Of a DNA stretch of 64,000 bases, positions 1-10,826 are shown piece by piece. How positions within the stretch are numbered: the stretch's first letter is position 1; every line of letters starts with the position of its first letter. Where the stretch lies: contig CM082584.2 of assembly GCA_040954595.2 (NCBI GenBank), positions 1,226,281-1,290,280 of the forward strand, read 5' to 3'. The translations under genes and the position numbers were made by a program. The notes beneath the pieces were generated by a model. That model did no database searches. It saw only the letters and a list, made by a program, of their open reading frames with translations, and had not been told where the DNA came from. The DNA comes from Balanoglossus misakiensis (Eukaryota > Animalia > Hemichordata).

Positions 1-3000
1 GAAATTTTGAGATTTTGCATAGACGAAAATTTGTCATTTTTTGATGATTTTCACCCATGATTTTTTTCAAAATTGACGAAATTTTGAGATTTTGCAAAGT
101 CGAAAATTTGTCATTTTTTGATGATTTTCACCCATGATTTTTTTCAAAAATCGACGAAATTGTGAGATTTTGCAAAGTCGATAATTTGTCATTTTTTGAT
201 GATTTTCCCCCAATGTTTTTTTTCAAAATCGACGAAATTTTGAGATTTTGCAAAGTCGAAAATTTGTCATTTTTTGATGATTTTCCCCCATGTTTTTTTT
301 TTAAATGGACGAAATTTTGAGATTTTGCAAAGTCGAAAATTTGTCATTTTTTGATGATTTTCACCCATGATTTTTTTCAAAAATCGACGAAATTGTGAGA
401 TTTTGCAAAGTCAAAAATTTGTCATTTTTTGATGATTTTCACCCATGTTTTTTTTAAAAAAAAACGACGAACCTATGATTTTTTTCAAAATCGACGAAAT
501 TTTGAGATTTTGCAAAGTCGAAAATTTGTCATTTTTTGATGATTTTCACCCATGATTTTTTTCAAAAATCGACGAAATTTTGAGATTTTGCAAAGACGAA
601 AATTTTTCATTTTTGATGATTTTTACCCATGATTTTTTTTCAAAATGGACGAAATTTTGAGATTTTGCAAAGTCGATAATTTGTCATTTTTTGATGATCT
701 TCCCCCAATAGTTTTTTTCAAAATCGACGAAATTTTGAGATTTTGCAAAGTCGAAAATTTGTCATTTTTTGATGATTTTTACCCATGATTTTTTTTCAAA
801 AATCGACGAAATTTTTAGATTTTGCAAAGTCGAAAATGTGTCATTTTTTGATGATTTTCACCCATGATTTTTTTTCAAAAATCGACGAAATTTTAAGATT
901 TTCCAAAGTCGAAAATTTTTCATTTTTTGATGATTTTCACCCATGTTTTTTTTTTAAAAATCGACGAACCTATGATTTTTTTCAAAATCGACGAAATTGT
1001 GTGATTTTGCAAAGTCGAAAATTTTGTCATTTTTTGATGATTTTCAACCATGATTTTTTTTCTAAAATCGACGAAATTTTGAGATTTTGCACAGTCGAAA
1101 ATTTGTCATTTTTTGATGATTTTCACCCATGATTTTTTTCAAAAATCGACGAAATTGTGAGATTTTGCAAAGTCGATAATTTTGTCATTTTTTGATGATT
1201 TTCAACCATATTATTTTTTAAAAAACCGACGAAATTTTGAGATTTTGCATAGACGAAAATTTGTCATTTTTTGATGATTTTCACCCATGATTTTTTTCAA
1301 AATTGACGAAATTTTGAGATTTTGCAAAGTCGAAAATTTGTCATTTTTTGATGATTTTCACCCATGATTTTTTTCAAAAATCGACGAAATTGTGAGATTT
1401 TGCAAAGTCGATAATTTGTCATTTTTTGATGATTTTCACCCATGATTTTTTTCAAAAATCGACGAAATGTTGAGATTTTGCAAAGTCGAAAATTTGTCAT
1501 TTTTTGATGATTTTCACCCATGATTTTTTTCAAAAATCGACGAAATTTTGAGATTTTGCAAAGTCGAAAATTTGTCATTTTTTGATGATTTTCACCCATG
1601 ATTTTTTTCAAAAATCGACGAAATTGTGAGATTTTGCAAAGTCAAAAATTTGTCATTTTTTGATGATTTTCACCCATGTTTTTTTTAAAAAAAAACGACG
1701 AACCTATGATTTTTTTCAAAATCGACGAAATTTTGAGATTTTGCAAAGTCGAAAATTTGTCATTTTTTGATGATTTTCACCCATGATTTTTTTCAAAAAT
1801 CGACGAAATGTTGAGATTTTGCAAAGTCGAAAATTTGTCATTTTTTGATGATTTTCACCCATGATTTTTTTTTAAAATGGACGAAATTTTGAGATTTTGC
1901 AAAGTCGATAATTTGTCATTTTTTGATGATCTTCCCCCAATGGTTTTTTTCAAAATCGACGAAATTTTGAGATTTTGCAAAGTCGAAAATTTGTCATTTT
2001 TTGATGATTTTTACCCATGATTTTTTTTCAAAAATCGACGAAATTTTTAGATTTTGCAAAGTCGAAAATGTGTCATTTTTTGATGATTTTCACCCATGAT
2101 TTTTTTTCAAAAATCGACGAAATTTTAAGATTTTCCAAAGTCGAAAATTTTTCATTTTTTGATGATTTTCACCCATGTTTTTTTTTTAAAAATCGACGAA
2201 CCTATGATTTTTTTCAAAATCGACGAAATTGTGTGATTTTGCAAAGTCGAAAATTTTGTCATTTTTTGATGATTTTCAACCATGATTTTTTTTCTAAAAT
2301 CGACGAAATTTTGAGATTTTGCACAGTCGAAAATTTGTCATTTTTTGATGATTTTCACCCATGATTTTTTTCAAAAATCGACGAAATTGTGAGATTTTGC
2401 AAAGTCGATAATTTTGTCATTTTTTGATGATTTTCAACCATATTATTTTTTAAAAAACCGACGAAATTTTGAGATTTTGCATAGACGAAAATTTGTCATT
2501 TTTTGATGATTTTCACCCATGATTTTTTTCAAAATTGACGAAATTTTGAGATTTTGCAAAGTCGAACATTTGTCATTTTTTGATGATTTTCACCCATGAT
2601 TTTTTTCAAAAATCGACGAAATTGTGAGATTTTGCAAAGTCGATAATTTGTCATTTTTTGATGATTTTCCCCCAATGTTTTTTTTCAAAATCGACGAAAT
2701 TTTGAGATTTTGCAAAGTCGAAAATTTGTCATTTTTTGATGATTTTCCCCCATGTTTTTTTTTTAAATGGACGAAATTTTGAGATTTTGCAAAGTCGAAA
2801 ATTTGTCATTTTTTGATGATTTTCACCCATGTTTTTTTTAAAAAAAAACGACGAACCTATGATTTTTTTCAAAATCGACGAAATTTTGAGATTTTGCAAA
2901 GTCGAAAATTTGTCATTTTTTGATGATTTTCACCCATGATTTTTTTCAAAAATCGACGAAATGTTGAGATTTTGCAAAGTCGAAAATTTGTCATTTTTTG

Positions 3001-5485
3001 ATGATTTTCACCCATGATTTTTTTCAAAAATCGACGAAATGTTGAGATTTTGCAAAGTCGAAAATTTGTCATTTTTTGATGATTTTCTCCCATGATTTTT
3101 TTCAAAAATCGACGAAATTGTGAGATTTTGCAAAGTCGAAAATTAGTCATTTTTTGATGATTTTCACCCATGTTTTTTTTTTTAAATCGACGAACCTATG
3201 ATTTTTTTCAAAATCGACAAAATTTTGAGATTTTGCAAAGTCGAAAATTTGTCATTTTTTGATGATTTTCACCCATTATTTTTTTCAAAAATCGACGAAA
3301 TGTTGAGATTTTGCAAAGTCGAAAATTTGTAATTTTTTGATGATTTTCACCCATGATTTTTTTCAAAAATCGACGAAATTGTGAGATTTTGCAAAGTCGA
3401 TAATTTTGTCATTTTTTGATGATTTTCAACCATATTATTTTTCAAAAACCGACGAAATTTTGAGATTTTGCATAGACGAAAATTTGTCATTTTTTGATGA
3501 TTTTCACCCATGATTTTTTTCAAAAATCGACGAAATGTTGAGATTTTGCAAAGTCGAAAATTTGTAATTTTTTGATGATGTTCACCCATGATTTTTTTCA
3601 AAAATCGACGAAATTGTGAGATTTTGCAAAGTCGATAATTTGTCATTTTTTGATGATTTTCCCCCAATGTTTTTTTTTCAAAATCGACGAAATTTTGAGA
3701 TTTTGCAAAGTCGAAAATTTGTCATTTTTTGATGATTTTCCCCCATGTTTTTTTTTTTAAATGGACGAAATTTTGAGATTTTGCAAAGTCGAAAATTTGT
3801 CATTTTTTCATGATTTTCCCCCAATGGTTTTTTTCAAAATCGACGAAATTTTGAGATTTTGCAAAGTCGAAAATTTGTCATTTTTTGATGATTTTCCCCC
3901 ATGTTTTTTTTTTTAAAATGGACGAAATTTTGAGATTTTGCAAAGTCGAAAATTTGTCATTTTTTGATGATTTTCACCCATGATTTTTTTCAAAAATCGA
4001 CGAAATTGTGAGATTTTGCAAAGTCAAAAATTTGTCATTTTTTGATGATTTTCACCCATGTTTTTTTTTAAAAAAAACGACGAACCTATGATTTTTTTCA
4101 AAATCGACGAAATTTTGAGATTTTGCAAAGTCGAAAATTTGTCATTTTTTGATGATTTTCACCCATGATTTTTTTCAAAAATCGACGAAATGTTGAGATT
4201 TTGCAAAGTCGAAAATTTGTCATTTTTTGATGATTTTCACCCATGATTTTTTTCAAAAATCGACGAAATGTTGAGATTTTGCAAAAATTTGTCATTTTTT
4301 GATGATTTTCACCCATGATTTTTTTCAAAAATCGACGAAATTGTGAGATTTTGCAAAGTCGCAAATTAGTCATTTTTTGATGATTTTCACCCATGTTTTT
4401 TTTTTAAATCGACGAACCTATAATTTTTTTCAAAATCGACGAAATTTTGAGATTTTGCAAAGTCGAAAATTTGTCATTTTTTGATGATTTTCACCCATGA
4501 TTTTTTTCAAAAATCGACGAAATGTTGAGATTTTGCAAAGTCGAAAATTTGTCATTTTTTGATGATTTTCACCCATGATTTTTTTCAAAAATCGACGAAA
4601 TGTTGAGATTTTGCAAAGTCGAAAATTTGTCATTTTTTGATGATTTTCACCTATGATTTTTTTCAAAAATCGACGAAATGTTGAGATTTTGCAAAGTCGA
4701 AAATTTGTCATTTTTTGATGATTTTCACCCATGTTTTTTTTTTTAAATCGACGAACCTATGATTTTTTTCAAAATCGACGAAATTTTGAGATTTTGCAAA
4801 GTCGAAAATTTGTCATTTTTTGATGATTTTCACCCATGATTTTTTCAAAAATTGACGAAATTTTGAGATTTTGCAAAGTCGAAAATTTGTCATTTTTTGA
4901 TGATTTTCACCCATGATTTTTTTCAAAAATCGACGAAATGTTGAGATTTTGCAAAGTCGAAAATTTGTAATTTTTTGATGATTTTCACCCATGATTTTTT
5001 TCAAAAATCGACGAAATTGTGAGATTTTGCAAAGTCGATAATTTGTCATTTTTTGATGATTTTCACCCATGATTTTTTTCAAAAATCGACGAAATGTTGA
5101 GATTTTGCAAAGTCGAAAATTTGTCATTTTTTGATGATTTTCACCCATGATTTTTTTCAAAAATCGACGAAATGTTGAGATTTTGCAAAGTCGAAAATTT
5201 GTCATTTTTTGATGATTTTCACCTATGATTTTTTTCAAAAATCGACGAAATGTTGAGATTTTGCAAAGTCGAAAATTTGTCATTTTTCGATGATTTTCTC
5301 CCATGATTTTTTTCAAAAATCGACGAAATTGTGAGATTTTGCAAAGTCGAAAATTTGTCATTTTTTGATGATTTTCACCCATGTTTTTTTTTTTAAATCG
5401 ACGAACCTATGATTTTTTTCAAAAATCGACGAAATTGTGAGATTTTGCAAAGTCGATAATTTGTCATTTTTTGATGATTTTCCCC
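1..5485. repeat. 78-bp AT-rich satellite array (left block) with ~1.23-kb higher-order repeat
   Basis: Tandem monomer ~AAAAATCGACGAAATGTTGAGATTTTGCAAAGTCGAAAATTTGTCATTTTTTGATGATTTTCACCCATGATTTTTTTC (26-codon periodicity in the ORF track). The unit carrying the diagnostic variant GCATAGACG recurs at ~1, ~1231 and ~2463, and ORFs 785-1132 and 2017-2364 are identical. Confidence 0.97.
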
Positions 5486-5591
5486 AATTATTTGAGATCT
5501 CTCTAACACACAAAACAAGGACACAGGTTTGGCAGCTGAAGGCAAGAGCCATTATTTATTTACGTGAACTGGGGGCTCTTGCAGGCCCAAC
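5486..5591 (-). repeat. Split direct repeat B2 (3' terminus); copy B1 at 5904-6009
   Basis: ~106-bp direct repeat with ~4 mismatches; contains AATAAA on the element (minus) strand. Confidence 0.92.
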
Positions 5592-6053
5592 ACAACTGGG
5601 AATAACAACTCGCAATGATGAAAGGACCATTGCAAAATACATGGATGAAAAAGGTTACAATCGTGAAGTACAGTATTGACCAGAGAACCACTGTAAATCT
5701 GCAAATACACATCTTATTTGTTGAGGGCGGGCGGGTGGGGAAATTGAGGCAGAGAGAGCGAGCATTGCAGGACACGCTCCGAACCCTTGAAGTGGCCGTG
5801 AGTGATGGATTATGGGATTTTTGAGGCTCGTTTGAGGTTGAGGGCGCCCCTTTTCGAGTTGCTTAATTGGGTAACATTATGCCGTTGATCGCAATGTTAC
5901 CTAAATTACTTAAGATCTCTCTAACACACAAACCAAGGACACAGGTTTGGCAGCTAAAGGCAAGAGCCATTATTTATTTACGTGAACTGGGGGCTCTTGC
6001 AGGCCCAACCACTGCCAAACCCGGTCCGCCTCTCTGCTAGTGCCACAGTAAAA

Positions 6054-7051
6054 TCAGTGTGACGCGGAGATGTCTTTAATATGCTGACCCATTTGAAAGG
6101 ACACCAGATAACGAGTCTGAAATGGAATGTTAAGATAACGGAGATACGCGCTGGATTGCCAATCCCCTTGGAGTTTGATAAGCTCCCCAGGGACCCCACT
6201 TTCGAATGCAAAGGTTGCACCCCCACGACGGAGGCTGTGACCCGAGTACATGTCAGCAGGAAAGCCTGCCCTCTGAACTAAACATTTGATACTTTTCACC
6301 AGCCCTGAATGGGTCAAGGGGACCAATTTGCCACATTTGGGAAAAACAAATGCTGGGCTAGAGGGTGGGGCTGGGATGATCTCACACATGTGATTGTATG
6401 CCTGTAAAGGGCACAACACCGAACCTGGAATGCGGGCAAGTGGAATAGTCAAACAGCGTTCGCGAAACTGAATGGTTTTTGACCAAGTCACGCCGATTAT
6501 AAGGCCAGAATCTGAGGAAATGACTTTACCCCTACAGAGGTGTTTAGCCGGATCAAAGTCGGTTGCAGACTTCGGAACAAGATTTGACTTGCGAAAAAAG
6601 GAGAAAAACCCTATCAAAAGGCATGCCCACAAAGTAACATCGAATGGAACAGCCATATCTAGAAGCCCGAAAAACTGTAGCAACAACTTGGGGGTGATGG
6701 GTAATTTCTGCCTCACTGGCTGGAAAGTGCTACGGGAAAGACATTTCAAAAGTAATTTGACAACATACTGATCAGCGGCCAATGGCGTGAAGCCATGGAT
6801 TCTATGCAAGGTACGAATTGCGTACAAATAATTCTGAATGGTGCCAGTAGCCGTTACTGATCTTGCAAGAAACTGGATAAATCTACACACTGTAAGAACA
6901 GATGCTGGAACAGGAGTAAAATTGAAAAACTGACAAAACAGGAAGTAACTCTTCAACTGTGACGACAAATTCCGACGAGTTCCTTCCGCTAATGCTGACC
7001 TCATTGAGATAGCGATTTGAGCGTCTAAGGCTTGGATAGTTTGGCAGTGAT
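6054..7051 (-). CDS. Tyrosine recombinase (YR) of the retrotransposon
   Basis: Catalytic motifs FFRKSNL (R), WSKT (K), HSLRRGG (H-x-x-R), GDW and AYLRY (Y). The open frame extends to 7079 (GTG) but has a splice-acceptor-like sequence at 7052. Confidence 0.93.
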
Positions 7052-7072
7052 CTGAAATAAAAATAAAATCAG

Positions 7073-10000
7073 TCACCACTCATTGAGAAAGCGAATGTCA
7101 TCCTCGGCGACTGGGTGCTCGGTCATTTGAGAAATATTAACAGATGATTTGAAGAGTTGCTCATAACTTGGGTCAAGATGCCAGCGACTGAGCGCATCAG
7201 CCAGCCGGTTCTCGGTGCCTGCGATGTGCACAGCACGTAGCTCAAACTCGTGAATCGCTGCTACCAGCCATAATTCCCTCAAGCAAGACAGCATTAGTTT
7301 ATCCCTAGCTCTACCGGTATTAATGACCCAAACTGTTGCCTGGTTGTCGCAAGAGACCTGTATTTTCTTTCCAGACCATCTATCACCCCAAATTTTTGCC
7401 GCTGTAGTAATAGTGAGTAATTCGAGGGCATTAATGTGAGGGTCCCCAACCTTTACAAAGTCAGGGAACTCCACGTGGAAATACTCGTTGTCGCAAAGCC
7501 CCCCTCCCCTTGTTGGGCATGCATCCGAAGAAAATATTTCATCTGGCAGGCACCAACCTGACTCTTTAATGAGAGACACCCCATTATAAACCCTAATGAA
7601 ATTAATCCACCACCGTAGATCTGCCTTGAAATCACTGTTTAGATAGATATGGTAGTGATTGCGGGTGACGGTACGCAACACATCTAGCATTCTCGCCAGG
7701 AATAGCCTACCAGGCTTGACACATTTGGCAATAAAGGAAAGCTTGCCTATGAGTGATTGCAGCTCGCGCTTAGTTGCTTTTGTTTTAGTGACCCATACAC
7801 CCAGCTCTTGCTCTATTTCATTAAGCCGGTCAGGAGTAACTTCCATAGTCATTGTAAGGGAGTTCAACTGGATTCCAAGAAAAGTCATGATTGATGACGG
7901 GGGCACCGCTTTGTGTTTGGCTTCTTGCAAACCCAGTCTATCCAGCGTGTCACCTAGCTCCGCAAATGCCTTGTGGGCTTTGTTGGAGGTCTCTGCACCA
8001 CCGAAGTCGTCAAGGTAATTAACACAGTCATACCATTTCGTGGAATAGATATAAGAAACCGCATTAGTGGTGCGCTGGCAGGCTAGCGCTGCGGTTCGCA
8101 AGCCAACTGGCAATGTAAGGTCAAAGAACAATAAATTACGCCACGTGTAGCCGAGCAAATGGTAGTCCGCTGGATCGACTGGTATTTGCCGATAAGCTCT
8201 GCTTAAATCGCGCTTAAATAGGAGGCATCCCCTGCCCTTACGGGTCATCATTGCAGTGAAATCATCAATGGAAGGATATTGAAGCTGAAAACTCTCCCCA
8301 AGATATTCCCCTTTGGGGATACCGTCATTTACTGAATGGTGGATTGGGGAACTAAGATCAAAGACTATACGCCGATTAACACTATCTTTTTTTTCGACAG
8401 TCTGAATGGGGGAAGTACTGAGTGGTGTGGCAAGGGGGTTAGTTAAGAACGGACCCGCTGTAGCCCCGGCTGCGACTTCGTTAATAATCCAGTTGTCGAC
8501 ATGCGCCGAGTAATTTATAGCTGATGGGTGGTTTTTCACTGTAGAGTATGGCAATTCTGAGGCTGTATAGTAGACGGGCCAACCATATTGTAGGTAATCG
8601 CAGATGATTTTGTCATCATATTGCTGCAATTCGGCTCGCCAAATTGGGATTTGAAGATTTGATGAAACGGGTATTCTGCAAAATTGAGAATTTGGTAAAC
8701 CTGATTCAACAACTATGTCATGAACGGTTATAACTTCTGTTAAATCAAGGGGTGACGCTTGTGGCCATGACGACGGGGGACAGACATCCCCGCCCACGGG
8801 AGTATCTGATAACTCAGAATACTGCATATCATTGCCCAGTGGATAAGTGTCTGGAACACTGTGATCAACAAGGGTGGGGTTGGGAGGCCCCATATTTGGA
8901 ACATTTTCCACAGTAAACATATCACTAACAAAGACATCGTGGTCATCACTGATCATACCGTCAGATGAACCATGAGCGCTAATCTCACATGCAAATTCAG
9001 TGGTATCACCGACGGTATGGGCTAGTGATTCAATAGGGATTTGCTTGTCAAGATCAGTCTCAATATCAGGTTCTATCAAATCAACTGTATGAGTTTTACA
9101 AAGGTATTTGTCAACATTATCCCTGCTAACAGAGGTATCAAAACAACCTGTGTGTTCAGAGGCAACATTGGCAATGGTACATGTTACTGGCTCGTCAATC
9201 GAAAGCACTGGTTCAGAAATACTACTAGGGTTAACAATAGCATCCCGCAAAACCTCCGGGTTGCACATTGACAGGCTTCTTGAAATATCAATCTCCATGT
9301 CAGTTTGTACAGAGCGATCACACTTGTGCACTGCCTGATCTGTGATGCCCATCAATGTATAAAAGTCATTGATATTACACTCCGTGCCTGCACTTTTGAC
9401 TCTATGGTTCAATTTAGGAATTAAATTGCTGTCACAGTCATGAGAGTCTTGTTTAGACTTATCTACCTCTGCTTTGCCAGAACTATCGGTCAACTTGTTG
9501 CTCTCTTGCTCTCTAAAGGCCTTATCCTTCCAGGGGCAGGCAATCTTGGGATGCTTGGCCAGGTTGTTACGCAACTTCATGCAGGCTTCACATATGTGTT
9601 TGAATGCGCAATCCTCCTTCTCGCACTTGTTACTTTGGTATTTGAAACATACATTAATCTGATCCTTCTTTTTGGATTTGTCCGCTGTTTTATCCCGTCT
9701 GATCTTGCCGATACGCGGCAGCATATATAGCTCTCTCAGATCTGCGGTGTCATTTGCCCATGTTCTGAGTCCTGACTCCATGTCAGAGAGGATCGCGCCC
9801 TCGAACTTCAAGATGGCGTCCCAGGGGAACAAATTGGCGTCTTTCATAAGCGACTGTAAGTGTTGTAATCGCTGCTGTTTCTCTGTGTCACTCAAAGTAG
9901 GAAGTTGCACTATCGCGAGATTACCTTCCACAAATTCCGCCATTGACATATCATCGAATTTTGGTGGGGCGCCCGAGAATGTCCGAGCCCTGACGAACAT

Positions 10001-10645
10001 GTGCGGCCATAGGACGTGCTGTCGCACACGATCGGTTCTGGTGTTGAACCACATCGATTTCATTGGTACGTTACCTGCTTTGCTCTGCGCTGCTGTGTAT
10101 AAACCGGACTGTGCCAGGAGTTGGTTCGGTTGGAGGTCTTCACCGCCGCCAGCGGCCCCTGTCGCTGGTAGCCACGGACTGCCTGATGGTAACGACCACT
10201 GCAATTGTGAGTCTTCTTTCGCCATCCTCTTGAGATCGGGTAGCGTGAGTTGACTCAGGTCGTGACTTCTGGGACTTCCGCTCGAAGCGGCTGGCGGGCT
10301 GCGTCGTTCCTTCTCCAGTTTCATTTCTTTTAGTTGTTTTCTTAAATTGTCTACTTCAGATTGCTCCTGCAGTCTCGCTATCTCCGCCTGCAACTTCTCT
10401 TTCTCTGACCTCACATCTTCCCCGTCAGATGAAGTGTCTTCTTCCTTGACAGGTTTGCTACATTTCCCGCCTTTCGAACGAGCTGACGCCATTGGTACTT
10501 TGGAAAGTTTGGTGGGGGGGACCACGCGAACTTTTCGACCGGTCGATGCTCTTGTCGTAGTCTTACTGCGAGTTGCAGGTCCCTTTTTGGCGACTGGACT
10601 GGGCTCTATTCCCAAATCCAGCAGCTGTTGTTCAGCGTTCTCCAT
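7073..10645 (-). CDS. Gag-like + reverse transcriptase + RNase H polyprotein (1190 aa, uninterrupted)
   Basis: Cys/His knuckle CFKYQSNKC...CAFKHICEAC...H...C; RT motifs KRDLSRAYRQ, LPVGL, NYLDDF, FLGI; RNase H motifs SDAC, INALEL, SCDN, ENRLADALSR. Confidence 0.93.
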   Translation of the reverse strand: MENAEQQLLDLGIEPSPVAKKGPATRSKTTTRASTGRKVRVVPPTKLSKVPMASARSKGGKCSKPVKEEDTSSDGEDVRSEKEKLQAEIARLQEQSEVDNLRKQLKEMKLEKERRSPPAASSGSPRSHDLSQLTLPDLKRMAKEDSQLQWSLPSGSPWLPATGAAGGGEDLQPNQLLAQSGLYTAAQSKAGNVPMKSMWFNTRTDRVRQHVLWPHMFVRARTFSGAPPKFDDMSMAEFVEGNLAIVQLPTLSDTEKQQRLQHLQSLMKDANLFPWDAILKFEGAILSDMESGLRTWANDTADLRELYMLPRIGKIRRDKTADKSKKKDQINVCFKYQSNKCEKEDCAFKHICEACMKLRNNLAKHPKIACPWKDKAFREQESNKLTDSSGKAEVDKSKQDSHDCDSNLIPKLNHRVKSAGTECNINDFYTLMGITDQAVHKCDRSVQTDMEIDISRSLSMCNPEVLRDAIVNPSSISEPVLSIDEPVTCTIANVASEHTGCFDTSVSRDNVDKYLCKTHTVDLIEPDIETDLDKQIPIESLAHTVGDTTEFACEISAHGSSDGMISDDHDVFVSDMFTVENVPNMGPPNPTLVDHSVPDTYPLGNDMQYSELSDTPVGGDVCPPSSWPQASPLDLTEVITVHDIVVESGLPNSQFCRIPVSSNLQIPIWRAELQQYDDKIICDYLQYGWPVYYTASELPYSTVKNHPSAINYSAHVDNWIINEVAAGATAGPFLTNPLATPLSTSPIQTVEKKDSVNRRIVFDLSSPIHHSVNDGIPKGEYLGESFQLQYPSIDDFTAMMTRKGRGCLLFKRDLSRAYRQIPVDPADYHLLGYTWRNLLFFDLTLPVGLRTAALACQRTTNAVSYIYSTKWYDCVNYLDDFGGAETSNKAHKAFAELGDTLDRLGLQEAKHKAVPPSSIMTFLGIQLNSLTMTMEVTPDRLNEIEQELGVWVTKTKATKRELQSLIGKLSFIAKCVKPGRLFLARMLDVLRTVTRNHYHIYLNSDFKADLRWWINFIRVYNGVSLIKESGWCLPDEIFSSDACPTRGGGLCDNEYFHVEFPDFVKVGDPHINALELLTITTAAKIWGDRWSGKKIQVSCDNQATVWVINTGRARDKLMLSCLRELWLVAAIHEFELRAVHIAGTENRLADALSRWHLDPSYEQLFKSSVNISQMTEHPVAEDDIRFLNEW

Positions 10646-10662
10646 AATAACGGTGAGAAATT

Positions 10663-10826
10663 GAAATTGAGGCAGAGAGAGCGAGCACTGCAGGACACGC
10701 TCCGAACCCTTGAAGTGGCCGTGAGTGATGGATTATGGGATTTTTGAGGCTCGTTTGAGGTTGAGGGCGCCCCTTTTCGAGTTGCTTAATTGGGTAACAT
10801 TATGCCGTTGATCGCAATGTTACCTA
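10663..10826 (-). repeat. Split direct repeat A1 (5' terminus); copy A2 at 5740-5903
   Basis: ~164-bp direct repeat; only one mismatch seen by eye (GAGCACTGC vs GAGCATTGC). Confidence 0.93.

Larger units (their letters stand above)
5486..10826 (-). mobile_element. Ngaro-type DIRS-order (tyrosine recombinase) retrotransposon, full length
   Basis: Split direct repeats in order A1(10826-10663)-ORFs-B1(6009-5904)-A2(5903-5740)-spacer-B2(5591-5486). Contains a gag-RT-RNaseH ORF and a YR ORF, with no methyltransferase domain after RNase H and no TSD (flanks rejoin to satellite GATTTTCCCC|CATG). Confidence 0.93.

Noticed and set aside
6054-7079. Prophage or bacterial integrase contamination
   Set aside because: The YR is linked to RT/RNase H and split direct repeats typical of DIRS-order retrotransposons, and is embedded in host satellite.
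6081-10664. Plus-strand ORFs (e.g. 9672-10253, 7659-8018) within the retrotransposon
   Set aside because: Antisense shadows of the gag-pol and YR frames with no recognisable motifs.
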